A stretch of DNA of 58,531 nt from positions 105,984 to 164,514 of the forward strand of contig JBDRJN010000002.1 in NCBI GenBank assembly GCA_043814965.1, given 5' to 3'. Source of the stretch: Candidatus Omnitrophota bacterium. GTDB taxonomy: Bacteria > Omnitrophota > Gorgyraeia > Gorgyraeales > Gorgyraeaceae. This document shows, one piece after another, positions 27,803 to 37,128 of this stretch (position 1 is its first letter; each line of letters opens with the position of its first letter). The position numbers were made by a program, and so were the translations under genes. The notes under the pieces were generated by a model. That model searched no databases. It had not been told where the DNA came from and was given only the letters and a program-made list of their open reading frames with translations.

Positions 27803-28195
27803 CTAGCTTTTATCCATATTGAGCATTACAAACTCGGATATTATGGATCTATCTTTTTTATCGGCATCTTTAAATAAGATACCAAGGCGATAATCGCTTT
27901 TTGATATAGCTATATTATTTTTTACTTCTCCCAGGATATTTACTTTTTTTATCTTTTCACCGATATTAGAGATGGCGTTATTTATAAGGGTGAATTTTAT
28001 AGAGAGGATCGTGGATACGGGTATATTGTGGTTTGTTAGTATTGCCATGCCCGCCTGGCTTAGGTCAAGCATAAGCGCGCTCACTTCTTTATCATCAACT
28101 ATCATCCGCAGTTCTATAGGCCTGTCTACCGCGTAGTATACTATGAAGTTTACTTTTAAGCGCCTGAACTGTCTTTTTTCCTTGTAATCAGCCAT
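27803..28195 (-). CDS. PilZ-domain protein
   Basis: RQFRR (RxxxR) and DLSQAG (D/NxSxxG) c-di-GMP binding motifs. Confidence 0.75.
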   Translation of the reverse strand: MADYKEKRQFRRLKVNFIVYYAVDRPIELRMIVDDKEVSALMLDLSQAGMAILTNHNIPVSTILSIKFTLINNAISNIGEKIKKVNILGEVKNNIAISKSDYRLGILFKDADKKDRSIISEFVMLNMDKS

Positions 28196-28267
28196 ATGAA
28201 AATTCTATCACTTAGTATGACTTTTTTCAACATAATCTATTCACGGAATTAAGATCATATTGTATAT

Positions 28268-28433
28268 GTTCTTAGCCAGGGAAGGTCTTCAAAAAGACGC
28301 TCCGCCAGAATTAGTGATTTGTAAAGTTGGGCTTCGCTCAGTTTTATTTTGACAGGCAAACTAAGTTGTAGTTTGGTAAGAACAAAGTACGCAAAATAAA
28401 GATGCTTTTTTCAGACCCTCCCTGACTAAGAAC
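28268..28433. mobile_element. palindromic element, family 2, copy b
   Basis: Termini gttcttagccagggaaggtct / agaccctccctgactaagaac. The interior (gtcttcaaaaagacg..gtgatttgta..ttttgacaggca..cgcaaaataaa) aligns with 16122..16296. Confidence 0.65.
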
Positions 28434-28470
28434 AGATCCTAGATATAACTCTATATCAGCCCACCTAAAA

Positions 28471-28735
28471 CCATAGTAAGGCTTTCCTAATAAGCGAATT
28501 GAAATTTTAGTCTTTTATTGAGTATTTTAGTTTTTTTAATACAGGCTAAAAACTGTTTGACCCCCCACCACTTTACTATAATAGTATGGAATATAGTAAA
28601 AAAAAAGGGGGGGGAAAAGTTTTTTAGCCCTATATAAAATACTTCCTTAAAAGACGGTCCCGACTGATATTATTATGATTATTGTATCTGTCGGGAAAAA
28701 TTTCGCCTTGAGCTTATAGGAAAGCTTTGCTATGG
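28471..28735. mobile_element. palindromic MITE-like element, family 1, copy b
   Basis: Termini ccatagtaaggctttcctaataagc / gcttataggaaagctttgctatgg; both arms align with 2081..2306. Confidence 0.7.
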
Positions 28736-28792
28736 TTATAGTGGTAAAAGAATAGACTACTGCTAATAACATTTAGTCGGATTATACTGTAC

Positions 28793-28821
28793 TTGACATA
28801 CAGCATAACTCTTACTAAAAT
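28793..28821 (+). promoter_or_regulatory. sigma70-type promoter, TTGACA-17 nt-TAAAAT
   Basis: Hexamers read directly, about 55 nt upstream of the helicase start. Confidence 0.5.
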
Positions 28822-28875
28822 ATTACTTATATTTACTAGATAGTTTATATATAGATACTATCGGGAAGTCTTTCC

Positions 28876-31800
28876 ATGTCTGATTTTAATAGATTCTACA
28901 AAGAGCTCAATAAAGAACAAAAAGATGCAGTTGATATGCTGGAAGGCCCTCTTCTAGTTATAGCAGGCCCTGGCACAGGAAAGACTCAACTTCTTTCAGT
29001 AAGGGCTGCTAATATTATAAGGAACAAAAAATCTAACCCAGAAAATATCCTGGTACTTACATACACTAATGCTGCGGCAAAGGCGATGAAAGAAAGGCTC
29101 TCTAGCATAATAGGCATCAAGGGATACGATATAGAGGTATGCACTTTTCATGCATTTTGTAATTCTATAATACTTGATTCAGAAGAAGCGGCTAATTATT
29201 TGCAGGACAGGATACAGATAACTGATATAGAAAAGATAAAGGCCATAGAGTATATATTGGACCATACAAAGGGCTTGGGTGATATAAGGCCTTTTAACGC
29301 ACCATATATATATGTCAGGGAGATAGAATCAAAGATAGGAGAGCTGAAGAGAGAAGGCGTTGCACCAAAGGAATTCTTGGATCATTGTAAAGACGTGAAG
29401 CCTGACGGCATATATGTAGAAGACAGGCACATCCTCAAGATAAAGGCGCTTTCCATAGTATATGATCAATATGAGCTGCTCAAAGAAGGCAGAAATAAAG
29501 ATGTCTTTGATGTGAGAGGCAGATATGACTTTGATGATATGATCTTACTAGCGGCTACCTCGCTTCAAAATGAAAAAACGCTTAAAAAAAGATATCAGGA
29601 GAGATTCAGCTATATCATGGTCGATGAGTTCCAGGATACAAATGGGGCGCAGTTGAAGTTTTTGTTTTCCCTCCTAAAAGGCAAAAGCCCTAACCTATGC
29701 TGCGTAGGGGATGATGACCAGTCTATCTATAGGTTTCAGGGCGCAAGTATTGGAAACTTCAAGGAGCTTAAAGACAGGTTCCCGGATCTAAAGGCTATTT
29801 ACCTAAAAAATAATTACAGGTCAACAAAAGAGATATTAGGCCTCTCTCAGCATCTCATAAAAGAACTTCCTAAAGACGAGAGGGTGGGAGACAAAGACCT
29901 TGTTCCTGTAAAGGAATTTGAAAAAAAATCTATAGAATTCCATGAATTTACCAGGGCAGAAGAAGAGCTTTGTTTTCTTGTAGATAAGGTAAAGGAATTA
30001 AAGAAGGAGATAGAACATTCAAAGACCCTGACAAAAGAAGAAAGGTCCAATCCTTATAATAATATTGCTATCCTGGTAAGAAAAAGGGCATCTATTTTGA
30101 ATATAGTAGATAAATTTTTGCAAGTAGGTATACCTTATGCAACTGACGGCAACGAGGATATAAGCAGTGAATTTCGTGTGAGACAGATGCTGGACTTGAT
30201 AGAGCTTTGCAGCCTTTCCCCGGACAACTATGAAGACAGGGGAAGGATATTGTATAAGGTCTTGATATCGGATTATCTTGGGATACCGTACAAGGATACC
30301 TTGAGTTTTATCAATAGTGTAAATAAGAAGAAGAGGAATAAAGAAGGCGTGACGCTTGTCTCCGAGTTTTTTGAAGAAAAAGACACCCCAAGCTCTTTTA
30401 AAAAAATAAGGCCTTTAGTAAAAAGGCTTTTAGAGGAAGCGCCTTTCAAGCCGCTCCATACAGTCCTTATGGAATACATAAGAGATGCAGGTGTCTTTAA
30501 ATATATCCTCGAGAAATATGACAAAGAAGAGGTTGTTAAGATAAGGGAGTTAAGAGCGCTATGTTCTTTTATAAATATGGTCAAAGAGACAGATATCTCT
30601 AAACCAGGAGTGTCATTGAAAGACTTTGTCGAGGACCTGCGTACGCGCACCGAACACAATATGCCTTTAAAAGGAAGCCTTGTCACGATGACTCAGAATG
30701 GCGTAAGGATCATCACAGCTCATAGCTCAAAAGGCGAAGAATTCTATGGGGTCATCATACCTTTTTGCCTGCAGGATAAGAACTGGCCATTGAAACCGAG
30801 GCCTGCGCTAATACCTCTTCCGCCTGATATATTAAAGACAAGAGAGAAGGCCAGCGATAAGGAGAAGATCAAGGCATTGCAGTACTATGATGAGACAAGG
30901 CTTTTTTATGTAGCTATAAGCAGGGCTGAAAGCAGTGTGATATTTACCTCAAGCCCCCAGGAAAACCAGATATCAAGCTCATTCCTGCATCATTTAGGCT
31001 TGAGGTCAGAGGTAAAGGACTATAAGGAAGAAGAGGTCCTTTTAAGATCTTTGGAGTCCACCAAGGCTCAAGACCCTTTTATCGGCACAGAAGATATACT
31101 TAAGGATATAGTAAAAGATATGGCTTTGAACCCAACGAGTATAAATAATTATCTATATTGCAGGAGGAAATTTTTATATGACAATGTGTTGATGCTTCCA
31201 GGCTCAAAAAAACAGAGCCTTATATTTGGGAACTCAGTCCATGCTGCGCTGGAGCATCTTTATAGGGCTTATATGAAGACAAACAGATTTCCGGATTTTA
31301 AATTTTTTAAAGATAGATTCATAGAGGCGCTTAAATTTCAGGGGCCTGAAAAGGGCATGGAGTTACGCTTGATAGAACAATTCGAAGGCCTAAAGAGGTT
31401 TTACGATAAGTGCTCAAAAGACCCTGTCAGGCCTTTGGGCTTAGAGAATCGCATGCCTATCAATATAGATGGGATAGTCTTTACAGGTAAATATGATAAG
31501 CTGGAATTGGAAAATGAAAAAAATAAAGCTGTAAAAGTAGTGGATTACAAGACAGGACAGCCTAAGAAGCACGCAAAGGGCATATATAAGTTCAAGGACC
31601 TTGAGGATGAGGGATGCGATGGTTATCTGAGGCAGCTTGTTTGTTATAAGCTGCTTTATGAAAAGGATAATACCAGGGAGGATAAGGATCTTTTTGTAAG
31701 CCATGGCGTACTTGTATTTGTAGAGCCCGCAAAGGATGATGGCCGAAATTTTGGCATAAAGAAGAGCGAACCTACGGAATTTAAGGTAGAATTAACTGAG

Positions 31801-31950
31801 GACATGGTCTCCAGGATGGTTTCTATAATAAAGGATGTCTGGCAGGGTATCCAGGGCCTGCATTTTGAGAAACTCCCTGAAAGAGACAGTAAAAAATGCG
31901 CATGGTGTGATTTTGACTATATATGCTGGAAACAGGAGGGAATATTATGA
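28876..31950 (+). CDS. UvrD/PcrA-type helicase fused to a PD-(D/E)XK (Cas4/AddB-like) Fe-S nuclease
   Basis: GPGTGKTQ, VDEFQDT and other SF1 motifs. C-terminal GKYDKL..VVDYKTG..YLRQLVCY plus Cys at YCRRKF and CAWCDFDYIC (C-x2-C-x5-C). Confidence 0.8.
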   Translation: MSDFNRFYKELNKEQKDAVDMLEGPLLVIAGPGTGKTQLLSVRAANIIRNKKSNPENILVLTYTNAAAKAMKERLSSIIGIKGYDIEVCTFHAFCNSIILDSEEAANYLQDRIQITDIEKIKAIEYILDHTKGLGDIRPFNAPYIYVREIESKIGELKREGVAPKEFLDHCKDVKPDGIYVEDRHILKIKALSIVYDQYELLKEGRNKDVFDVRGRYDFDDMILLAATSLQNEKTLKKRYQERFSYIMVDEFQDTNGAQLKFLFSLLKGKSPNLCCVGDDDQSIYRFQGASIGNFKELKDRFPDLKAIYLKNNYRSTKEILGLSQHLIKELPKDERVGDKDLVPVKEFEKKSIEFHEFTRAEEELCFLVDKVKELKKEIEHSKTLTKEERSNPYNNIAILVRKRASILNIVDKFLQVGIPYATDGNEDISSEFRVRQMLDLIELCSLSPDNYEDRGRILYKVLISDYLGIPYKDTLSFINSVNKKKRNKEGVTLVSEFFEEKDTPSSFKKIRPLVKRLLEEAPFKPLHTVLMEYIRDAGVFKYILEKYDKEEVVKIRELRALCSFINMVKETDISKPGVSLKDFVEDLRTRTEHNMPLKGSLVTMTQNGVRIITAHSSKGEEFYGVIIPFCLQDKNWPLKPRPALIPLPPDILKTREKASDKEKIKALQYYDETRLFYVAISRAESSVIFTSSPQENQISSSFLHHLGLRSEVKDYKEEEVLLRSLESTKAQDPFIGTEDILKDIVKDMALNPTSINNYLYCRRKFLYDNVLMLPGSKKQSLIFGNSVHAALEHLYRAYMKTNRFPDFKFFKDRFIEALKFQGPEKGMELRLIEQFEGLKRFYDKCSKDPVRPLGLENRMPINIDGIVFTGKYDKLELENEKNKAVKVVDYKTGQPKKHAKGIYKFKDLEDEGCDGYLRQLVCYKLLYEKDNTREDKDLFVSHGVLVFVEPAKDDGRNFGIKKSEPTEFKVELTEDMVSRMVSIIKDVWQGIQGLHFEKLPERDSKKCAWCDFDYICWKQEGIL

Positions 31951-32528
31951 GTAAAAGGACATTTAATCTACTGGTATTTTTCATGGTGATATGTTTTTGC
32001 GGCTGCAATATAGTGCCAAAGTCAGTCCAATATCAGAAAGAAGAAGAAAAGCTTGTAGGGAGCACTGATATTATCAATCCTATAGTTGAAGAGATACAGG
32101 TCGTATTAGACAGCCTTGGTTATGATACAGGCAATAAAGACGGCAGGATGGGACAGAAGACAAGGGATGCCATAAAAGAGTTCCAGGAGTCTATTGGCAT
32201 CAAGGCAACCGGCTATGTAAATAAACTTACGCTTACACAGATAGAGGATATAAGAAGGGCCAGTGAAGAAAGGGCCCTGAGCAAGGAATATGATGTGCAG
32301 GTCAGGAGCGCATATTCTGGCGATATAGAGACATCTTTCAGGCCTACTACAAAAGATATACAGATCGCGTTGAAAAATGCAGGTTTTGATCCTGGAGGCA
32401 TAGACGGTAAGATGGGACAGCGCACCAGGCAGGCAGTCAAAGAATTCCAGAAGACAAAAGGCCTGAAAATCGATGGAGTAGTAGGCCTTAAGACCTGGGG
32501 TGAATTAGGCAAGTACCTAAAGAAGTGA
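31947..32528 (+). CDS. lipoprotein with two peptidoglycan-binding (PG_binding_1) domains
   Basis: Lipobox FCGC. Two copies of LGYDTG..DG.MGQ.TR.A.KEFQ. The ATG overlaps the helicase TGA. Confidence 0.75.
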   Translation: MSKRTFNLLVFFMVICFCGCNIVPKSVQYQKEEEKLVGSTDIINPIVEEIQVVLDSLGYDTGNKDGRMGQKTRDAIKEFQESIGIKATGYVNKLTLTQIEDIRRASEERALSKEYDVQVRSAYSGDIETSFRPTTKDIQIALKNAGFDPGGIDGKMGQRTRQAVKEFQKTKGLKIDGVVGLKTWGELGKYLKK

Positions 32529-32580
32529 ACTTCAATAACAAGTCGAGACTTATTCGTCTCCGATAGATCGGGAGGTATAT

Positions 32581-33429
32581 ATGAATTATATTAAGACTGG
32601 TTTTTTATTGGTCGCGCTTACGATGCTTTTTGTTTGGGTCGGAGGATATTTTGGAGGACAGGCAGGCGCAAGCCTTGCATTTATGATGGCGATCATTATG
32701 AATGTAGGCGCGTATTGGTTTAGCGATAAGATAGTCTTGGCTATGTATAAAGCCAAGGAAGTAGAGCCTAGCGAGGTGCCAGAGTTATATAATATGGTAG
32801 ATGAACTAGCTATCGCTGCAAGACTTCCTATGCCGAAAATATATATAGCACCTATCGACTCTCCAAATGCCTTTGCAACAGGCAGGGATCCACAGCATGC
32901 GGCAGTATGCGTGACGCAAGGTATACTGAATCTTTTGAACAAGGAAGAGTTGAGAGGTGTCTTAGCGCATGAACTGGCGCATATTAAAAATAGAGATACG
33001 CTTATAATGACTGTTACAGCTACTGTTGCAGGAGCTATCACTATGATTGCTAGTTGGGCAAGGTGGGCTGCTATATTTGGAGGAGTAGGCGGTAGATCCA
33101 GGGATAATAGGGATGGAAATATATTTGGGTATTTAGTAATGATAATCCTTGCTCCTATAGCCGCGCTTTTAATACAACTTGCCATATCCCGCTCTAGAGA
33201 ATATGCAGCAGACAAAAGAGGTTCTTATATAGCGCATTCTACAGAGGGCCTTAGCAGGGCCCTCTTAAAATTGGAAAAAGGCGTAAAGACCTATCCGATG
33301 AAAATAAATAATACTACAAGGCATCTTTTTATAGTAAATCCTTTTAGCGGGGATGCGATATCAAATCTTTTTAGCACACACCCTTCAGTACAAAAAAGGA
33401 TCGAGCAATTAAAAGGCCTTAAAGTCTAG
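32581..33429 (+). CDS. htpX: zinc metalloprotease HtpX (M48)
   Basis: HELAHIKNRD motif, 4 TM segments, EYAADK. Confidence 0.9.
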   Translation: MNYIKTGFLLVALTMLFVWVGGYFGGQAGASLAFMMAIIMNVGAYWFSDKIVLAMYKAKEVEPSEVPELYNMVDELAIAARLPMPKIYIAPIDSPNAFATGRDPQHAAVCVTQGILNLLNKEELRGVLAHELAHIKNRDTLIMTVTATVAGAITMIASWARWAAIFGGVGGRSRDNRDGNIFGYLVMIILAPIAALLIQLAISRSREYAADKRGSYIAHSTEGLSRALLKLEKGVKTYPMKINNTTRHLFIVNPFSGDAISNLFSTHPSVQKRIEQLKGLKV

Positions 33430-33483
33430 ATCATCACTAGTCCGCCAATTATCATGGAGGGCTCATTTAAACGAGGAGGTCCT

Positions 33484-34491
33484 ATGGTAGAGAATAATCC
33501 TAGATATAGCCAGGATATAAGGGCTATTAACGAGAAAGTAAAAGAGGCGTCTTTATTTATACAGGAGATCAATAATGAACTTGGCAAGGTCATAGTAGGC
33601 CAGAGGGATCTTATTGACAGGCTTCTTATCGCTATCCTTGCAAATGGCCATATCCTGATAGAAGGCGTGCCTGGCCTGGCAAAGACACTTGCTGTAAAGA
33701 CCATGTCAAATTGTATAAAGACAAAGTTCCAAAGGATACAGTTTACCCCAGACCTCCTGCCAGCTGACCTTATAGGTACTCTTGTATATAGCCCAAAGGA
33801 TGGAAGTTTTTCAACAAAAAAAGGGCCTATATTCTCAAATCTTATACTTGCGGATGAGATAAATAGGGCTCCTGCGAAAGTACAGAGCGCTTTACTGGAA
33901 GCAATGCAGGAGAGGCAGGTCACTATAGGTGAGAATACCTTCCTGTTGGAAGAACCTTTTTTAGTCCTTGCAACCCAGAATCCTATTGAGCAGGAAGGTA
34001 CTTATCCTTTGCCTGAGGCACAGATAGATAGGTTTATGCTCAAGATAAAGGTAGTGTACCCTGATAAAAAAGAAGAGAGATCGATAATGGAGCGTATGGC
34101 AGGCCAGCCTATACCTCAGGTAAGGCAGATCATCTCACCGCAGGATATCCTTAAGGCAAGGGAGATCGTCAGCAGCATCTATATGGATGAGAAAGTAAAA
34201 GACTATATAGTTGATCTAGTATATGCAACACGCCACCCAAAGGAGTACAACCTTGATATAAAGGATTTTATTGCATATGGAGCAAGCCCTAGAGCTACTA
34301 TCTATCTAAATATCGCAAGTAAAGCCCACGCATTTATACAAGGCAGGGGCTATGTCACTCCTGAAGATGTGAAGGGTATAGGTATGGATGTATTGCGTCA
34401 CAGGATACTGCTTACTTACGAGGCAGAAGCAGAAGAGATAACCAGCGAAGATATTGTTAAAAAGATATTCGACGAGATAGAAGTCCCATAA
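33484..34491 (+). CDS. MoxR-family AAA+ ATPase
   Basis: GVPGLAKT (Walker A) and ADEINRA. ATG 33484 with SD GAGGAGG is preferred over the track start at 33454. Confidence 0.9.
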   Translation: MVENNPRYSQDIRAINEKVKEASLFIQEINNELGKVIVGQRDLIDRLLIAILANGHILIEGVPGLAKTLAVKTMSNCIKTKFQRIQFTPDLLPADLIGTLVYSPKDGSFSTKKGPIFSNLILADEINRAPAKVQSALLEAMQERQVTIGENTFLLEEPFLVLATQNPIEQEGTYPLPEAQIDRFMLKIKVVYPDKKEERSIMERMAGQPIPQVRQIISPQDILKAREIVSSIYMDEKVKDYIVDLVYATRHPKEYNLDIKDFIAYGASPRATIYLNIASKAHAFIQGRGYVTPEDVKGIGMDVLRHRILLTYEAEAEEITSEDIVKKIFDEIEVP

Positions 34492-34508
34492 AACCGAAGG
34501 CCAATAAA

Positions 34509-35387
34509 ATGATCCCAAAAGAGATCCTGAAAAATATCAAGCGAATAGAGATACGGACAGGCCGTCTAGTCAATGATGTGTTTGCGGGCCAGTATGAGTC
34601 AGTGTTTAAAGGAAGGGGTATGGAATTCCATGAGGTGCGGGAATATGTCCCTGGAGACGATATCCGTTCTATAGATTGGAATGTCACAGCCAGGACAAAC
34701 CATCCTTATGTAAAGAAATTCGTAGAAGAAAGGGAACTTACTGTCTTGATCGCAGCTGACATGAGCGCGTCCGGAAATTTCGGGACAGTAAATAAGCTCA
34801 AATCCGAGATAATGGCTGAACTTGCATCGGTTCTAGCCTTCAGCGCTATCAGGAACAATGATAAGGTCGGGCTCTTGCTCTTTACGGATAGCGTAGAAAA
34901 ATTTATTCCTCCTAAAAAAGGGAGGTCGCATGTATTAAGGGTAATAAAAGAGGTCTTGTATTATAAAAGTAAAGCCAAAAAGACCAGCATAAATAATGCG
35001 CTTCAGTATCTAGGGAGGGTGCTTAAAAAAAGAGCTATTATATTTTTATTGTCTGATTTTATGGACAAAGGATATGAAAAGATACTAGGCATACTTAATA
35101 AAAGACACGATATAATAGCCCTTTCCATATCTGACCCTAGAGAAAGCCAGATACCTGATGTAGGACTTATAAAGATGGAAGATGCAGAGACAGGAGAGTT
35201 CTTATATGTAGATGCAGGGGATGAGGTGTTTAGAAAAGGTCTTTTAAAGAAGAGGACTGAGCTAATAGCTCAGCGGAGAAAGGCCTTTAGGTCTATGAGT
35301 ATAGATACTATAGACCTATCGACAGGCAAGTCTTACATAGAGCCTCTTATGCTTTTTTTTAAGGCTCGCGCCAAGAGGTTTAGATGA
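34509..35387 (+). CDS. DUF58 (vWA-like) protein
   Basis: REYVPGDDIRSIDWN signature. Confidence 0.85.
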   Translation: MIPKEILKNIKRIEIRTGRLVNDVFAGQYESVFKGRGMEFHEVREYVPGDDIRSIDWNVTARTNHPYVKKFVEERELTVLIAADMSASGNFGTVNKLKSEIMAELASVLAFSAIRNNDKVGLLLFTDSVEKFIPPKKGRSHVLRVIKEVLYYKSKAKKTSINNALQYLGRVLKKRAIIFLLSDFMDKGYEKILGILNKRHDIIALSISDPRESQIPDVGLIKMEDAETGEFLYVDAGDEVFRKGLLKKRTELIAQRRKAFRSMSIDTIDLSTGKSYIEPLMLFFKARAKRFR

Positions 35388-35611
35388 AAAGAAATATCAC
35401 TCTAAAAGTTATCACAAGGGCGAACAAGGATGAGCTGATAGGACTTTCCAAGGATAGTTATAAGATAAAGATCACTGCTATGCCTGAAAAAGGAAAAGCA
35501 AATAAAAGGATAATAGCCTTACTCTCAGAGAAGTTTAATGTTAAAAAAGCTGACATCAGGATACTTTCGGGTTTAAAGAGCGCCAATAAAATAGTGGAGA
35601 TAGGCAGTTGA
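35384..35611 (+). CDS. DUF167 (YggU-like) protein
   Basis: PEKGKANKRIIALLSEKF and ILSGLKSANKIVEI motifs. Confidence 0.7.
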   Translation: MKRNITLKVITRANKDELIGLSKDSYKIKITAMPEKGKANKRIIALLSEKFNVKKADIRILSGLKSANKIVEIGS

Positions 35612-36099
35612 TGGAAGATATAAGGCCGCTAAAGGATATAGTAGAGATAAAAGGCAGTTTTTCGGTCTTGCCTATATTGATCACAATCTTAGCGATCGCA
35701 GCGATAGCCCTTTTTGTATATTTTAATAAAAAGAAAAAGAATAAATCAGAAGATATCTATATACCACAAAAGACGCCCAGGGAAATAGCCCTTGAAGAGC
35801 TTGAGAAACTCCTTAGCGAAGGCCTCCCCGGAAAAGGCCTTATAAAAGAATATTATATAAAGTTATCTGATATCGTAAGAAAATTCATAGAGGGGAAGTT
35901 CAATATATCTACGCTTGACAGGACCACATATGAGATCTATAGAGAGTTAAGGTCAAGCAGTGTCAATAGGGCTTTAGTGGATAGCATCAGAGGCCTTTTA
36001 GAAGAAAGTGACCTGGTTAAATTTGCCAAATATAGGCCTAACGAGAAAGAGGCTATAGATATTTTTAACAGAGTAAAAGATATTATAGAAAAAGAATGA
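35611..36099 (+). CDS. single-TM protein, DUF4381-like Bat operon member
   Basis: N-terminal TM segment and the conserved position between DUF58 and BatA. Assignment rests on context only. Confidence 0.5.
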   Translation: MEDIRPLKDIVEIKGSFSVLPILITILAIAAIALFVYFNKKKKNKSEDIYIPQKTPREIALEELEKLLSEGLPGKGLIKEYYIKLSDIVRKFIEGKFNISTLDRTTYEIYRELRSSSVNRALVDSIRGLLEESDLVKFAKYRPNEKEAIDIFNRVKDIIEKE

Positions 36100-37085
36100 G
36101 ATTCCTTTACCCGATATTCTTAATATTAACCTTAATAATACCTATATTTATCTGGATATATTTTAAAGAGTATAAAAAAAGAGAATCTACTCTGATATAT
36201 TCTGACCTCGAACTAGTCAAGGGCCTATCTCCAGGTTCCCGGATAAGGTATGGGCACCTCCCTTTCATACTCAAGCTGATAGCAATATTTATATTTATTC
36301 TGGCATTGGCCAGGCCTCAATCAGGCCATGTGGAAGAAGAGTTTATAACAGAAGGGATAGATATTGTCCTTACACTTGATACTTCTGGTAGCATGAAGGC
36401 AGAAGATTTTAAACCTCAGAATAGGCTTGGAGCAGCAAAGGAGGTCTTAGAGGAGTTTATAAGATCAAGGCGCAATGATAGAATTGGACTCGTAGTGTTT
36501 GCAAAACATAGTTTTACGCAGTGCCCGCTTACGCTTGATTATGGAGTGTTGCTGGATCTATTGGATAAGATACATATAGGTATGATAGAAGATGGGACTG
36601 CCATAGGCATGGCTATGGCAAACGCTGTCAATAGATTGAGGGATTCTACTGCAAAAAACAAGGTCATAATACTTCTTACTGACGGTATAAATAACGCAGG
36701 CAAGATAGACCCTTTGACAGCGGCAAAATTAGCGTCTACGCTTGGTATAAAGATATATACGATCGGGGCAGGCCGGCCTGGAGGCGCTCTATACCCGGTA
36801 TCTGATCCTATATTCGGTAAAAGATATGTGAAGATGGATACAGAGATAGATGAAAAACTCTTAGGAGACATTGCTGAAGAGACAGGCGGGATGTATTTCA
36901 GGGCAAAGGACGAGGAAGGGCTTAGGAAGATATACGAGACTATCGGAAAACTGGAAAAGACAAAGATAGAGACCAAAGAATATGCTGATTATAATGAGAC
37001 AGCTCCGTACTTTATCTTGCCGGGATTTGTAATATATTTATTGAGTATAGTATTATCCAATACAATGTTCCGTAAGATACCATGA
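36096..37085 (+). CDS. batA: BatA-like vWA-domain membrane protein
   Basis: N-terminal TM segments and the DTSGSM MIDAS motif. Confidence 0.8.
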   Translation: MRFLYPIFLILTLIIPIFIWIYFKEYKKRESTLIYSDLELVKGLSPGSRIRYGHLPFILKLIAIFIFILALARPQSGHVEEEFITEGIDIVLTLDTSGSMKAEDFKPQNRLGAAKEVLEEFIRSRRNDRIGLVVFAKHSFTQCPLTLDYGVLLDLLDKIHIGMIEDGTAIGMAMANAVNRLRDSTAKNKVIILLTDGINNAGKIDPLTAAKLASTLGIKIYTIGAGRPGGALYPVSDPIFGKRYVKMDTEIDEKLLGDIAEETGGMYFRAKDEEGLRKIYETIGKLEKTKIETKEYADYNETAPYFILPGFVIYLLSIVLSNTMFRKIP

Positions 37086-37128
37086 ACCCAAAACCGCATA
37101 CTACATACTGTATACTGTATACTAAAAT

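Noticed and set aside
16078-28735. Repeated palindromes as a CRISPR array
   Set aside because: The copies are dispersed over separate intergenic regions and lack the regular repeat-spacer periodicity. The units are 90-270 bp with inverted termini, and there are no cas genes.
32586-33923. Long minus-strand ORFs 32586..33215 (209 aa) and 33426..33923 (165 aa)
   Set aside because: They are antisense shadows of htpX and moxR, both of which have unambiguous motifs.
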